This document shows positions 13,199-25,522 of a stretch of 64,000 nt of DNA, piece by piece; the first letter of the stretch is position 1, and every line of letters begins with the position of its first letter. The notes below the pieces were generated by a model that was not told where the DNA came from, ran no database searches, and saw only the letters and a program-made list of their open reading frames with translations. Source of the stretch: Isurus oxyrinchus (Eukaryota); assembly GCA_026770705.1 (NCBI GenBank), contig JANJGN010000052.1:124001-188000 (forward strand), in the 5' to 3' direction. The position numbers were made by a program, and so were the translations under genes.

Positions 13199-13324
13199 GT
13201 GAGTCACACACCACAGGATCCCCAGCCTCTCAGCTGCTCCAGTAGCCTGGTTATTGATATGGCTGCTCCAGTCCTGTATCTGCAATGTTTTATACAGTCA
13301 CTCCCAAACCCAACCAAACTCACA

Positions 13325-14190
13325 CCCAACACCGTTCAGAATCAATAATCAAACCCCGTTCAGAATCAATAATCAAACACCGTTTAGAATCAATAATCAA
13401 ACCCCGTTCAATGTCAATAATCAAACCCCATTCAGTATCAATAATCAAACTCCTTTCAGAATCAATAATCAAACCCAGTTCAGTATCAATATTCAAACTC
13501 AGTTCAGTATCAATAATCAAACCCCTTTCAGGATCAATAATCAAACTCCGTTCAGGATCAATAATCAAACACCGTTCAGTATAAATAATCAAACCCTGTT
13601 CAGTGTCAATAATCAAAACCCGTTCATAATCAATAATCAAACCCCGTACAGTATCAATAATCAAACCCCGTTCAGAATCAATAATCAAACCCCGTTCAGT
13701 GTCAATAATCAAACCCCGTTCAGTAACAATAATCAAACCCCGTTCAGTATCAATAATCAAACACCATTCAGAATCAATAATCAACCTCCATTCAGTATCA
13801 ATAATCAACCCCCGATCAGTATCAATAATCAACCCCCGTTCAGTATCAATAATCAAACCCCATTCAGTATCAATAATCAACCCCCGTTCAGTGTCAATAA
13901 TCAAACCCCGTTCAGTAACAATAATCAAACCCCGTTCAGTATCAATAATCAAACACCATTCAGAATCAATAATCAAACCCCATTCAGTATCAATAATCAA
14001 ACCCCGTTCAGTATCAATAATCAAACCCCGTTCAGTATCAATAATCAACCCCCGTTCAGTATCAATAATCAAACCCCGTTCAGAATCAATAATCAAACCT
14101 CATTCAGAATCAATAATCAAACCCCGTTCAGAATCAATTATCAAACCCCGTTCAGAATCAATAATCAAACCCTGTTCAGTATCAATAATT
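13325..14190. repeat. 24-bp minisatellite (ACCCCGTTCAGTATCAATAATCAA), ~36 units
   Basis: Direct tandem repetition. It explains the TPFRINNQ-repeat ORFs. Confidence 0.95.
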
Positions 14191-14287
14191 AATGTATCTA
14201 TTGTGGGTGGAATTTTCGATTTGGATCAATAATACTAAACACTGATCACTCTGATTGTCACTCTGATCATTTCTGTTTCTATTACAG

Positions 14288-14404
14288 AAGAAAGATGAGA
14301 AGGATCTGGAAATGAAATCTAACCGCGGAGTCAATCCTGATACAGATGATGATCTTTACGCAAACTGTGATTTTGCCAAGGATTCTGTTTATGGGAATTT
14401 ATAA
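14288..14404 (+). other. Terminal cytoplasmic-tail exon KKDEKDLEMKSNRGVNPDTDDDLYANCDFAKDSVYGNL*
   Basis: Acceptor AG at 14286-14287, phase 0, open to TAA at 14402-14404. Paralogue of 2692-2808. Confidence 0.65.
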
Positions 14405-15439
14405 ACTGAGCAAGAATGAGACACACACAGTGTGGGGAGAATACAGAACGGGAGAATCATTCAAAACTCCAATTTACCTTCCTAATATCCACAGGAACTC
14501 ACTCCCAGGAAATAGATTTAAACCTCTTGTTACAATCTGATGGAATTTCTTCGGAATGATCTATCCAGGATGATTGTCTGTGGGTTTCAATTCGAACATC
14601 CTCCTTCAGAATTGTCCCTCACTGTTGGAAACATCATTCTCTCCATTCTGATTGTAAATGTCTTTAGATATCGTTCGATGATGTACCAGGACAGAACGGA
14701 CAAATTCAATACCGTGTCCGTGATTATGAGTTAATTTTCATTCTGTTATTCACCTTCCTGTCTGTCAGTGTTTAGAATATTCATCAGCCAGTGTAGACTT
14801 CAGGAAATGCAGTATCGGTGGATAATTGGAACAGAGGAGATTGGTAAAATTTACACCATTTTGTAGTCAAATGTATTTTCAGAAATATATTTGGATTTTA
14901 CACTTCATTGTTAAACAGCGAAACGAACAACAATCTGGGATACAATTTGATTGGAGATTTGAGAAATTCTCTGCAGCTTAGAGGATAACATGTGCTACAG
15001 TGCCACCAATGATGGGAGTTCATCAGTACAACGTGACATGTTTACATTGATATAGCCAATGAACATTGGAAATTATGATGTGAAAAATTGGTTGCAGGTT
15101 TATCTTCTTCAATATGTCATGGATGGATGAGACAGCTTTGATAACAGAATGAGATATAGCTGCAATAAACCACAATTTTAGTCCTTCACACTTGGAGAGT
15201 ACAATTAGCATCCATTCTGAAGGCTGAGTGGATGGGTGGACTGTGTGATGTGTTACAGATCACAGAGACCAACATCCTTGATCCTGGTTCCGCTCTGTGT
15301 TTGATGAGATGCTTGGATCAAAGATTGGGAAAATAAATAATCCTCCTGCATTGATCTATAACTGGTCTCTCCCTCTGTCAATGTCCTGAGGACAGAATTG
15401 GGTTCGATGTCCAAAATCAGACACATGCTTTGACTGCCC

Positions 15440-17345
15440 ATTGAATAGGAACAGGAGGAGGTCATTCAGCCCCCTCGAGCCTGCTACACAGGAACAAGAG
15501 AGCACCTGAAATAAAAACAGAAAATGCTGGAGAAACTGAGTAGGTCTGGCAGCATCTGTGCAGAATTAAAAAGAATAATCATTTCGAGTCCCTATGACCC
15601 TTTTTCAGAGTCTCAAAGCAAAAACTCTGTTTCTCTCTCCACAGCTGCTGCCAGACCTGCTGAGTTAATGCAGCATTTTCTGTTTTTATTTCAGATTTAC
15701 AGCATCTGCAGTATTTATTTTTAATGAGAGGAGGACATTCAGCACCTGAGCCTGTTACACAGGAACAGGAGAAGGCCCATCAGCCTCATGAGCCTATTAC
15801 ACAGGAACAGGAAGAGGCCATTCAGTCTCTCAACACCCTTCAACAGGAACAGGAGAGACTCTCAGCCCCTCGAGCCTGTTACACAGGAAAAGGAGGAGTC
15901 CTATTCAGCCCCATAGAGCCTGTAACACAGGAACAAGAGGAGGCCATTCAGTCACATTAGCCTGTTATCCAGGAACAGGAAGAGCACATTCATTCTCTCA
16001 ACCCTCTTACACAGGAATAGGAAACCCATTCAGCCCCTTGAGCCTGTTACACAGGAAAAGGAGGAGGCCCATTCAGCCCCCTTGAGCCTGTTTCACAGGA
16101 AGAGGAGGAGGCCCATTCTGTCCTCTTGAGCCTGTTACACAGGAACAGGAGACCCATTCAGCCTCCACAAACTTGTTACACAGGAACTTTAGGGGCTCCA
16201 TTCAGCCACTCAAGCCTGTTCCACATGAACGGGAACAAAAACAAAAATAGCTGGAAAAACTCAGCAGGTCTGACAGGATCTGCGGAGAGGAACACACTTG
16301 ACGTTTTGGGTCTGTATGACTCTTCATCAGAACTAAGGAAATCGAGAAATGAGGTGACGTTTTAGCTGGTAGAGGGGGTGGGACAGGTAGAGCTGGATTG
16401 TGGGCCAGTGATAGGTGGAGGTAAAGAAGAGGTTGCCAAAGATGTGATAGACAAAAGGACAAAGGGGTGTTGACGGTGGTGATATTATCTGAGGAATGTG
16501 CTAATGGGGACATTAAGGGTAGAAAGCAGGACGAGCAAGAGACAGATAGTCCTAGTGGGGGTGGGGTGGGGGAAAAGGATTGAAATAGGCTAAAAGGTAG
16601 AGATGCAACAACAGATGTAAAACATTTAAAAATAATGGAAATAGGTGGGAAAAGAAAAATATATAAATAAAAAAAAATATTAAAAATGATAAATTATTGG
16701 AAAAAGGGAGATTGGAAAGAGGGTGGGATGGAGGAGAGAGTTCATGATCTGAAATTGTTGAACTCAATATTCAGTCGGGAAGGCTGTAAAGTGCCTGGTC
16801 GGAAGATGAGGTGCTGTTCCTCCAGTTTGTGTTGGGCTTCACTGGAACAATGCAGCAGGCCAAGGACGGACATGTGGGCATGAGAGCAGGGTGGGGTGTT
16901 AAAATGGCAAGCGACAGGGAGGTCTGGGTCATGCTTGTGGACAGACCGAAGGTGTTCATCAGAGCGATCACCCAGTCTGTGTTTGGTCTGTCCCATGTAG
17001 AGGAGACCACATTGGGAGCAGTGAAGGCAGTAGATTAAATTGAGGAAAGTGCAAGTGAAATGCTGCTCCCAATGATGCTCCTAATGTTCTCGAGCCTGTT
17101 ACACAGGAACTGGGGAAGGCCAATTCAGCCCCTTTAGCCTTTTACACAGGAACAGGAGGAGGCCCACTCAGCCCCCTCAAGCCTGTTACACAGGAACAGG
17201 AGGAGGCCCACTCAGCCCCTCGAGCCTAGAACACAGGAACAGGAGGAGGCCCATTCAGCCCCCTCAAGCCTGTTACACAGGAACAGGAGGAGGCCCATTC
17301 AGCCCCATCAAGCCTGTTACACAGGAACAGGAGGAGGCCCATTCA
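15440..17345. repeat. 43-44-bp minisatellite interrupted by Penelope fragments
   Basis: Units at ~15440-15500, 15725-16230 and 17090-17345. Confidence 0.85.
16233..17068 (-). mobile_element. Penelope-like element 3' end (GIY-YIG endonuclease plus pseudo-LTR)
   Basis: Peptide MGQTKHRLGDRSDEHLRSV...LPVACHFN...EEQHLIFRPGTLQP. Confidence 0.85.
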
Positions 17346-17402
17346 GCCCAAGCAGAGCGTGTGGGCAGTTCCTCCCCAGGTGAGCAGTCAGACAGGTCCT
17401 GG
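17341..17402 (+). pseudogene. Gene A: 5'-truncated exon 1
   Basis: Only the 3' half of the conserved block is present, fused directly to minisatellite. Donor gtaagt at 17403. Confidence 0.7.
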
Positions 17403-18103
17403 GTAAGTAACGGATCGATTGGAAATCACGGGGGAAGTTCTGAGGGCTCCTAATACATTGTCCTGTCTTCTAAATCAGCACCTTAATACTGACCCTTCAA
17501 CAGTGCAGTACTCCCTCAGTACTGACCTTCCAACAGTGCAGCACTCCCTGATAAATGTCCCTCTGACAGTGCAGCACTCCCTCAGTACTGACCCTCCAAC
17601 AGTGGAGATCCCCCTCAGTACTGACCTTACAATAGTGCAACACTTGCTCAGTAATGACCATCCGACAGTGCAGCACTTGCTCAGTACTGACACTGGGGAG
17701 TTTCAGTCTACTCTGTGGGGCAGACGTCCCCTGAATGGGGTCTTGAATCCCACAATGTTCTGAGCCCCTGAATTTGGCTGTGAAACCCACTGACCCACAG
17801 GAGAAACTCCTGGTCAATGACTGTCCACCTCTGAGCAGAAATATCACCACAGGGTCAGGACACAAACGGTTAACAGTTCACCAAGATCTCAAAACATGAG
17901 CGTCTTGAGGTGGTGAAAGGTGCTATAGAAATGCAAATCCTTCAATGTTCTTCTTTCTTAAAGCCTTGTCACTCTCTGCAGAGCACCTATCATCCTACAG
18001 AGAATCAAATTAGTCTGTGAAGACATTGTCTAAAAGCAGTTCTGATCTCTCGAGAGCATTCGGACAAGAGGTGACGTCTCATTAACTCCTTTCTCTTTCA
18101 CAG

Positions 18104-18182
18104 CTTGAGAGTGAGAAGTGGATGGAATATCTGGGAGTGGACGATGATCGGGAAATCTACTTCCTCTTGTCACTTTCCCAAG
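18104..18182 (+). pseudogene. Gene A leader exon with 1-nt deletion
   Basis: From ATG 18144 to the donor at 18183 is 39 nt, versus 40 nt in genes B and C. Confidence 0.8.
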
Positions 18183-18884
18183 GTAATATCATCATCAGCT
18201 CAGACAGATTTATGTTTAACAGTCTTTGTAAAAGATCATTCTTATCTCTTAATCTCTGAAACCTCCTGCAACTCAACCAAACAACTTCCCAGATCTCTGT
18301 GTTACTGCAATTCTGGCCTCTTGACCATCCCCCGATTCCCATCACTCCAATACTGGCGGCCGGGCCTTCAGCTGCCTGGGGCCTGAGCTCTGGAATTCAC
18401 TCCCTAAACCTCGGGGATGGAGGAGATCAGAGGGTTTCATTTTACTGAGAATCACCACGACCACATCACAGCTGCAGTGAGAATAGACAGAGAGTCCAGC
18501 CCTCACTCTTCCTGCACAGTTTCACCTTAGCAACCACAATATGGAAATTTAAAAATACTGAAAGTTAAACCGAAGCCAAGCCAGTCAGTTTAGAGAGATG
18601 AGATGTTTACACAGTTTCTCTGTGTATCTTGTAGACACTGTGTTGGGTGGAAGACTGGCTTCACTAAACAGGGTCCTGAGGACCATGAGCCAATGTAGAA
18701 TGAACTTGTCCACTCCTGTGTCCAGGATTCTCTTCCATCCATTGTGAAACCTTGGGGAATTCCATGTGTGTCCTATAGATGGTCCACACTGCAGCCACTG
18801 TGCCCCAGTGATGGAGGGGGTGGATATCGAGTCTAGTGGATCTACAAACCTTCCAGAGTTAAATATTGACATTTCTCTCTCCAG

Positions 18885-19261
18885 TTGGACTGTCACAAGA
18901 GTGGAAAGGCGACACTCCACGAGAGGTGGCAGCGCAGGAAGGTTCCTGTGTACAGATTCCATGTCATTACAGTTAATCATCACATTTCGTAGGGAGATCA
19001 CGTGTCGGAATCTGGTTGAAAGGAATAGATGGGAACCCTACAGCCTAAATGGTCTATAGCCTTTCAGTCCGAGGGTCACAGTCACAGGGATCAAAGATTC
19101 CGCCATCGTACCCGGCTGTCTGGAGACCTGAAAGATGGCGACTGTTCCCTGATTATAAACAACATCAGACGGAAAGATGCAGGACCTTATTTTTTTCAGA
19201 ATAGAATTTGACAGCAGGAATAGGTAAAGCTACTATCCTGTAACCCGGCTTCACGTTTCTG
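18885..19261 (+). pseudogene. Gene A V-set Siglec exon V1 (inactivated)
   Basis: 377 nt. TAA at 18974-18976 and 19225-19227, plus frameshifts. Otherwise homologous to V2. Confidence 0.9.
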
Positions 19262-19732
19262 GTAAGTGCTGTGTTATAATTACTCAACAATTCACATTCA
19301 ACACTCAATGGGAGATAACACAAACTGTGACATTTACATATTAACACAAAACACAGCTTATTATAACACACTGTCTGATTCTCAATAACCTGGTGATAGC
19401 TTCCAGTTCAGTCCAAAAGCAACCTCCAATACTCACTTTAATATCAATGATTAAAAGCATTAACTGTATTATCAGGTTATCCACACCCATCAATCTCTCC
19501 TGTCCTGTTTAAAAGTCTGACGTATCGATAAAAGAAAGATGTGCATTTCTGCAGCGCAATTTACCACCTCAGGAGGATCCAAATCCATTCACAGCCAATG
19601 ACATTATTCCTGAATTGTAGTCACAGATGTAAAACACAGCAGGCAGTTTGTGCACAGCAAGATCCAACAAACCACAATGTAATAAATCACCCAGATCACT
19701 GAGGAAATGAGAAGCCAGTGAACTCAAACCTC

Positions 19733-19773
19733 TGGTCTGATGAAGAGTCATACGGACTCGAAACGTTAACCCT
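19733..19773 (+). ncRNA. Minimal type I hammerhead ribozyme motif in a Penelope pseudo-LTR fragment
   Basis: CTGATGA-A-GAGTC-atacg-GACTC-GAAAC-GTTA: catalytic boxes, a 5-bp helix II and palindromic AACGTT, followed by pLTR sequence. Confidence 0.6.
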
Positions 19774-20120
19774 GTCTTCCTCTCCACTGATACTGTCAGA
19801 CCTGCTGAGTCTTTCCAGCAATTTTTGTTTTGGTTTCAGATTTCCAGCATCCACAGTATTCTGCTTTTAACTCCAATCTCTGGTCTGAGCCTCTTCTCTC
19901 ATCCAGTGTTCTCAATTCACATGTCTCGGAGTGAACGTGTATTAAGCTGAGAGACAGAAACACTACTGCCAAAGAGCAAGAAAATCTTTCCTGATCATTG
20001 TAACCTCTCAGTTCTGATATCATCCTTGTAAAAGTGCTTTCTCTTGTGGGACTGTGGTTTCTATTTGAACTGATGCTTCACGTTATATTTCTCTAAAAGG
20101 ATCCATTCTCTGTCTGTTAG

Positions 20121-20417
20121 ATTTCACAGATAAACCCACGATATTCCCTGCTGAAATTATTGCAGGAAAGCGTGTGGATGTAAGCTGCACCTTCAACACA
20201 ACGTGCAATGGAACAGCAGCGCCTGTCTTAACCTGGGAAACTCCCACTGACGTACCTGGATCAGTCTCAAACACTGTAACTCAGCATGGTGTCACTCTGA
20301 CCTATACTTCTGTTCTGACCCTGATCCCATCACTCAAACACCACGGACACACTCTCAGCTGCAGAGTGAGATATCCATCTGTTTCATCGGAGCGGACCCT
20401 CGTACTAACTGTGCAAG
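20121..20417 (+). pseudogene. Gene A C2-set Ig exon (domain-2 type, open frame)
   Basis: 297 nt, AG/GT, phase 1-1. DFTDKPTIFPAEIIAGKRVDVSCTFNTTCNG...LSCRVRYP...LTVQ. Confidence 0.9.
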
Positions 20418-20740
20418 GTAAGTACATACACCTTTCATTCTACATCAGCACTCCCTCAGCGCTGACCCTCTGACAGTGCAGCCCGTTCTCAGTGTCCACA
20501 TTCTCAGACCTCTCTAAGTGCTTCACAGTCGATTGAAGTTAATTGATCTTTATTTGATTATTGCTGAATAAAGAGACAAGCTGTCTAAACTTTACATCTC
20601 GCACACACCATTCTCCATGGCAACACCTCCACCTATCAGAGACCACTTGCCAACCAATCAGCACTCTCTTCCCATTAAGTATAAATTGTGGTTCACTTTC
20701 TGTTGGTAATCCTGCGAACGGGCTTCTTGATTCCTGCCCT

Positions 20741-20893
20741 GACATCTTAATGTCCAAATGAACAGAACAAGTTCCAACAATGAGCTGTGGTTGGTGATTC
20801 CTCACGTTACATCCAGGGACACTGGAGACTATCAGTGTGTGGCAGAGAATGAACATGGAGCAGTGGAGGGGTTCATAACCATCACTGTGGAAC
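20741..20893 (+). pseudogene. Gene A: 3' half of the 282-nt Ig exon
   Basis: The 5' half and acceptor are replaced by an unrelated insert (~20570-20740). Donor intact. Confidence 0.85.
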
Positions 20894-22564
20894 GTGAGTG
20901 CACACAGACATCAACATCTCTCTCAGATTCAAACATTGCACAAACACACACAAATATACAGAACTAAATAGACACGTGCAGACACACATGTATGAGCAAT
21001 TACAAAGACACACTCACGAACAAACACACTAGCACACACTCCCCTGTGGCTTACCTGAGTACTGCACTGGAGAGTTGGCCTGGATTCTGGGATTTGTGTT
21101 CCCAATCATGTTTATGGAAGAATATGGAAATTACAAAGTCTATTACAGACACTCAGATGCATAGAGACACTCACAGATACTCTCTGCCTCTCCAACTCTC
21201 TCTCTCCCTTTAAGAAGCTTCCTGAAAGCTAACCCTTCGAACAATCACCGGCCCCAACTCCTCCTTATCTGATTCTGTGTGATTTTGTTTGTATATCTGA
21301 GAGTAAGAGAGAGGTGGAGAGGTTTAGTTAGAGAATTCCTGCTGGTGAAAATCTTACATCATTTACTCACCTTTCCAGTGCACATATTTCCCAGTATGTC
21401 CAATGCCCCTGTTTATAATGATGACTGCCTATGTAAACGTCACGCTGTAGTTACAGTCTCCCACCAGTGGTGGCATTGTAGCACTTAATCCTTGTGTTTC
21501 CCAGCTTTTCAAGCAACTCCACTTCCCAGTTTGCTACATAAGCTGTGAGTTCATCAGAATTAAATTATTACTCAAATGATAGATTTGATAATTCATTTTA
21601 TTGAAAACTTCCTCAGTGCCTCCCTGAAGGGTTTACACTCTCTGGGAAGCAGGAATAGGCTGGATGTTGGGGAGTTCATCTTTTCCCAGAGAGTAGGGAT
21701 CCTTGAGAATGTGCTGTCAGTGGGTGTGGTAGTTCCTGTTTCTCTGTCGCCTTCAAGAGGGATCTGGAGTGGTTATTGACTGGGGGAGAGATCATGGAAG
21801 CAGAGAATGATACAGCACAGGAGGAGGCCATTCAGCCCATTGAGGCTGTGCCAGGTCTTTCAATGTTCTATCCAATCAGATCCACTAACCACCACTCCAC
21901 TTTACCCCATCTTCCTCCTTCAAGTGTTTATCCAATTTCCCTTTTGAAAGTTCCTATTGAATCTGCTTCCACCGCCCTTTCAGGCAGCACCTTCCAGATC
22001 ACAACAACTCGCTCTGTCAAAACAAATTCTCCTCATCTCCCCCTCCAGTTGGTCAATCTGTGTCCCTCTGGTTACCGACCCTCCTGCCCCTTAAATACAT
22101 CGATACTGTTCACCTCAACCACTCCCTGTGGGAGTGAGTTCCACATTCTCCCCTCTCTCTGGGTAAAGATTGGAACTGTCTATTAAGCGGGGGGTGTAAG
22201 TCCGTGGGGGAGTCCATCTCGATTCTGCCCGATTTGCACACGCGTCCGAGATGGATTTCCACCCTGCACTAAACGTTTCCAGAATTTTCTACAGCACAAT
22301 CCTGTACACAGCGACGGAGAGAAACATTGGACAGAGAGTCCAACAGCACAATGATCCATTCTCACCAATGTTCCACGCTAAGGGGAAAGTTCCGATTGTC
22401 CACTCTTAGAGTGTTTACAATGAAAACATTCATTCCACATTGAATCCCAGTGGATGGGTCAATATTACAGCAAATGTTGCAGTGATATGAAGCTTGATTG
22501 TTCAGCCAGAGTGAGAGATTGAAAGCGGAGAGTCAGTGATGATTTCTTTCTGTGTGTTCTCTAG

Positions 22565-22704
22565 ACAGTGGAGGAGAGATTCTGCATGTGATCCTGATCC
22601 TGGGAATACGAGCTGTGATATTCCTTGTGGCTGTGGTTATCACTATCACTGGAGTCTGTGTCTGGGAGAGACAAACAGTGAAAGGAAGTCGACAGACTGT
22701 TTGA
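22565..22704 (+). pseudogene. Gene A terminal TM/short-tail exon SGGEILHVILILGIRAVIFLVAVVITITGVCVWERQTVKGSRQTV*
   Basis: Strong acceptor (tttctttctgtgtgttctctag), phase 1. Hydrophobic span with an internal Arg (CGA 22609-22611), TGA at 22702-22704, no Tyr. Confidence 0.75.
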
Positions 22705-22829
22705 AGCTTTGTAAAGCAACAATCTGGTCAGTCAGTGCGGACAAATAACGTGTGATGTTGTGTTAAGTTGTAATGAAACTGGTCAGTGTCCTGGTTAGAA
22801 TCACCTTCGTATCAGAGAGGCATTCCAGC

Positions 22830-23420
22830 ACAGTAGGAGACCATTCAGCCCATTAAGTCTATGCTGTCTCTGTGTAGAGCAATCCACTCAGTCCCATTCC
22901 CCCGCTCTATCCCCGTATCCCTGCAAGTTTATTTCCAAGTGTCCATCCAATTTCCTTTTGAAATCGTTCATCGTCTCCACTTCCACCATCCTCGTAGGCA
23001 GCGAGTTCCAGCTCATTACCACTCGCTGTGTAAAAAAGTTCCTCCTCACATCCCCCCACTGCCCACAACCTTCAATGTGTGTCCCCCAGTCCTTGTCCCA
23101 TCAGCTAATGGCAACAGCTTCTCTTTGTCTACCGTATCTAAACCCATCATCATCTTGTACACCTCGATCAGATCCCCCCTCAATCTCCTTTGCTCCAAGG
23201 AGAACAACCCCAGCTTCTCCAACCCAACCTTGTAGCTAAAATCCCTCATCCCTGGACCCATTCTGCTCAATCTCCTCCCCACCCTCTCAAGGACCCTCAC
23301 TTCCTTCCCAAAGTGAGGAGACCAGAACTGGACACAATACTCTAGCTGTGACCTAAACAGAGCTTTATAAATGTTCAGCATAACCTCCCTGTGTTTGTAC
23401 TCAATCCCTCCATTTATGAA
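22830..23420 (-). mobile_element. CR1 LINE 3' fragment
   Basis: Peptide YKALFRSQLEYCVQFWSP...LFSLEQRRLRGDLIEVYK. Confidence 0.9.
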
Positions 23421-25380
23421 AAGCTTATTCTTTCCATCAGCACAAACAGCAATTTCCAAGCGGACTCCCATCAGCAGACAGAGTGCAATGAAACATCGGC
23501 ATGCCTGCTTCTTAATGTACGGAGAGAAACCTGGAATGAGAGATTCTCCTTCTTCTCCTCAGCAAGCTGAAACTTTTCCTTATACCTGGTGCTCCCCAGT
23601 CCTGCTGTGTGGACACATCATAACCACGGCATTGTCTGGCTGTGTGCAGCCAACATGGTCGAATAGGAATGAACAGAAATGTGACATTGCTAAACTCTGT
23701 TCTCTGATTGGAATGAGCTTTCTGAATGCTGCACCTTTTTCATGCTTCGATAGATTGTAAGAAGCATTTGGGTTATGAATAAAATTACATTGATTAACAC
23801 AAGTGATTAAAATGTTCAGCCTTTTCTGTAGATACTTATGGATTAAAATTCTTATTTTGCTGCCAGATTCTTGGCTCAAAGACATTATTTCATGTTGTCA
23901 CTTTTTCCAGTCAGATGAATTCCTGTGGCCATCTTTATAATGGAAATTTTCAATGTAAACACGTCACATTGCAGCTGCACACTCCTGCCAGTGGTGGTGC
24001 CATTCCAAAACTGTCTTGCTGCACCAACACAGTGAGAATTATTCTCGACATGTACATGATGTTGTTGTTACACAGACATCAGGCGGAATCTTGGGCTGTG
24101 CCTAGAATGCACTTAGGACATTGCAGACCACGCACAGAACTGACAGTGCAGCGTTTCCTCAATCCTGACCCTCGGTCAGTGCAGCGCTCCCTCATTACTG
24201 TCCCTCTGACAGTGCTGCACTACCTCATTATTGACCCTTTTCAAGTGCAGCACCCTGTCAGCACTGACCTTCTGACAGTGCAGCACACCCTCATGGCTGA
24301 CAATCTGACAGTGCAGCAATCCCTCAGTACTCATCCAACCACAGTGCAGCACTCCCTCAGTACTGATCCTCTGACACTGTATCCCTCCCTCACTACTGAC
24401 CTTCCGACAGTTCAGCACTCCCACGGTACACACCTTCTGACAGTGCAGCACTCCCTCAGTACAGACTCTCTGACAGTGCAGCACTCCCTCAGTACTCACC
24501 CTCCCACAGCGCAGCCCTCTCTCAGTACTCACCCTCCCACAGTGCAGCACTCCCTCAGTACTCACCCTCCCACGGTGCTGTTCGAGTTGATTCAATCAAG
24601 ACTGGTGCCCAAAGAGGGAGGTTTCAATGCTAAATCATTGAATCGGTGAAAATTATTTTTAGGCTTACGGGAACAAGACTTAGTTCCTCAAATCCTTTCT
24701 TTTGCAATAACACACAGTACAAGAATTCTGTTTAAATAAATTCCAGTTAAACTTTGCCATGAAAGGATATCTTCTCACACTCGGCTCTACCTCAGTACTA
24801 ACCCTCCCACAGTCCGGCACCCCCTCAATACTGACCCTCTGACTGTGCGGAACTCACTCAATACAGACCCGCCGACAGTTCAGCACTCCCACATTACTGA
24901 CCCTCTGACAGTGCAGCACTCCCTCAGTACTGAACCTCTGACCGTGCAGCACTCCCTCATTACTGACCCTCTGACAGTGCAGCACTCCCACATTACTGAC
25001 CCTCTGACAGTACAGCACTCCCTCATTACTGACCCTCTGACAGTGCAGCACTCTCCCATTACTGACCCTCTGATAGTGCAGCACTCCCACATTACTGACC
25101 CTCCCACAGTGCAGCACTCCCACAGTAGAGTCCCGCTGACAGTGCAGCACTCCCTCCGTAATGATAACAGGGGTCGTTGAAATGTATCATACGGCCCGAG
25201 ACCTGTATTGGGGACTCTATCGCCTGAGTTTCAGCCTCTGTGGTGAGGGGGAGGAGTCTAATCCCACGGAGCCAATGGAGAAGCTTCATGACTACAGCTG
25301 CCCAAATATGAGCTGACAGATCACACATGGTAAACGTTTTGCTGAGAGCACAAAACATCCTCGATCTTCTCACTGATTAC

Positions 25381-25522
25381 CCACTTCCTCATTTTGTCTC
25401 ACAGTGACACATCCACCCTTTCTAATTAAACACACAGAGGGAGCAGCACAGGAAGAGGTCATTCAGCCCAAGCAGAGCGTGTGGGCAGTTCCTCCCCAGG
25501 CGAGCAGTCGGACAGGTCCTGG
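25381..25522 (+). promoter_or_regulatory. Gene B promoter/non-coding exon 1
   Basis: Conserved block with a PU-box (rc AAAATGAGGAAGTG, 25382-25395), ATTAAA, and donor gtaagt at 25523. TSS unknown; ctcacag at 25404 could alternatively be an acceptor. Confidence 0.65.

Noticed and set aside
13254-14232. TPFRINNQ-repeat proteins
   Set aside because: 24-bp minisatellite artefact.
25399-25440. CACAGTG heptamer suggesting RAG recombination signals and rearranging V segments (Ig/TCR/NAR)
   Set aside because: No ACAAAAACC-like nonamer at 12 or 23 spacing. The V exons end in splice donors, encode their own G strand and have Siglec, not antigen-receptor, cysteine patterns.
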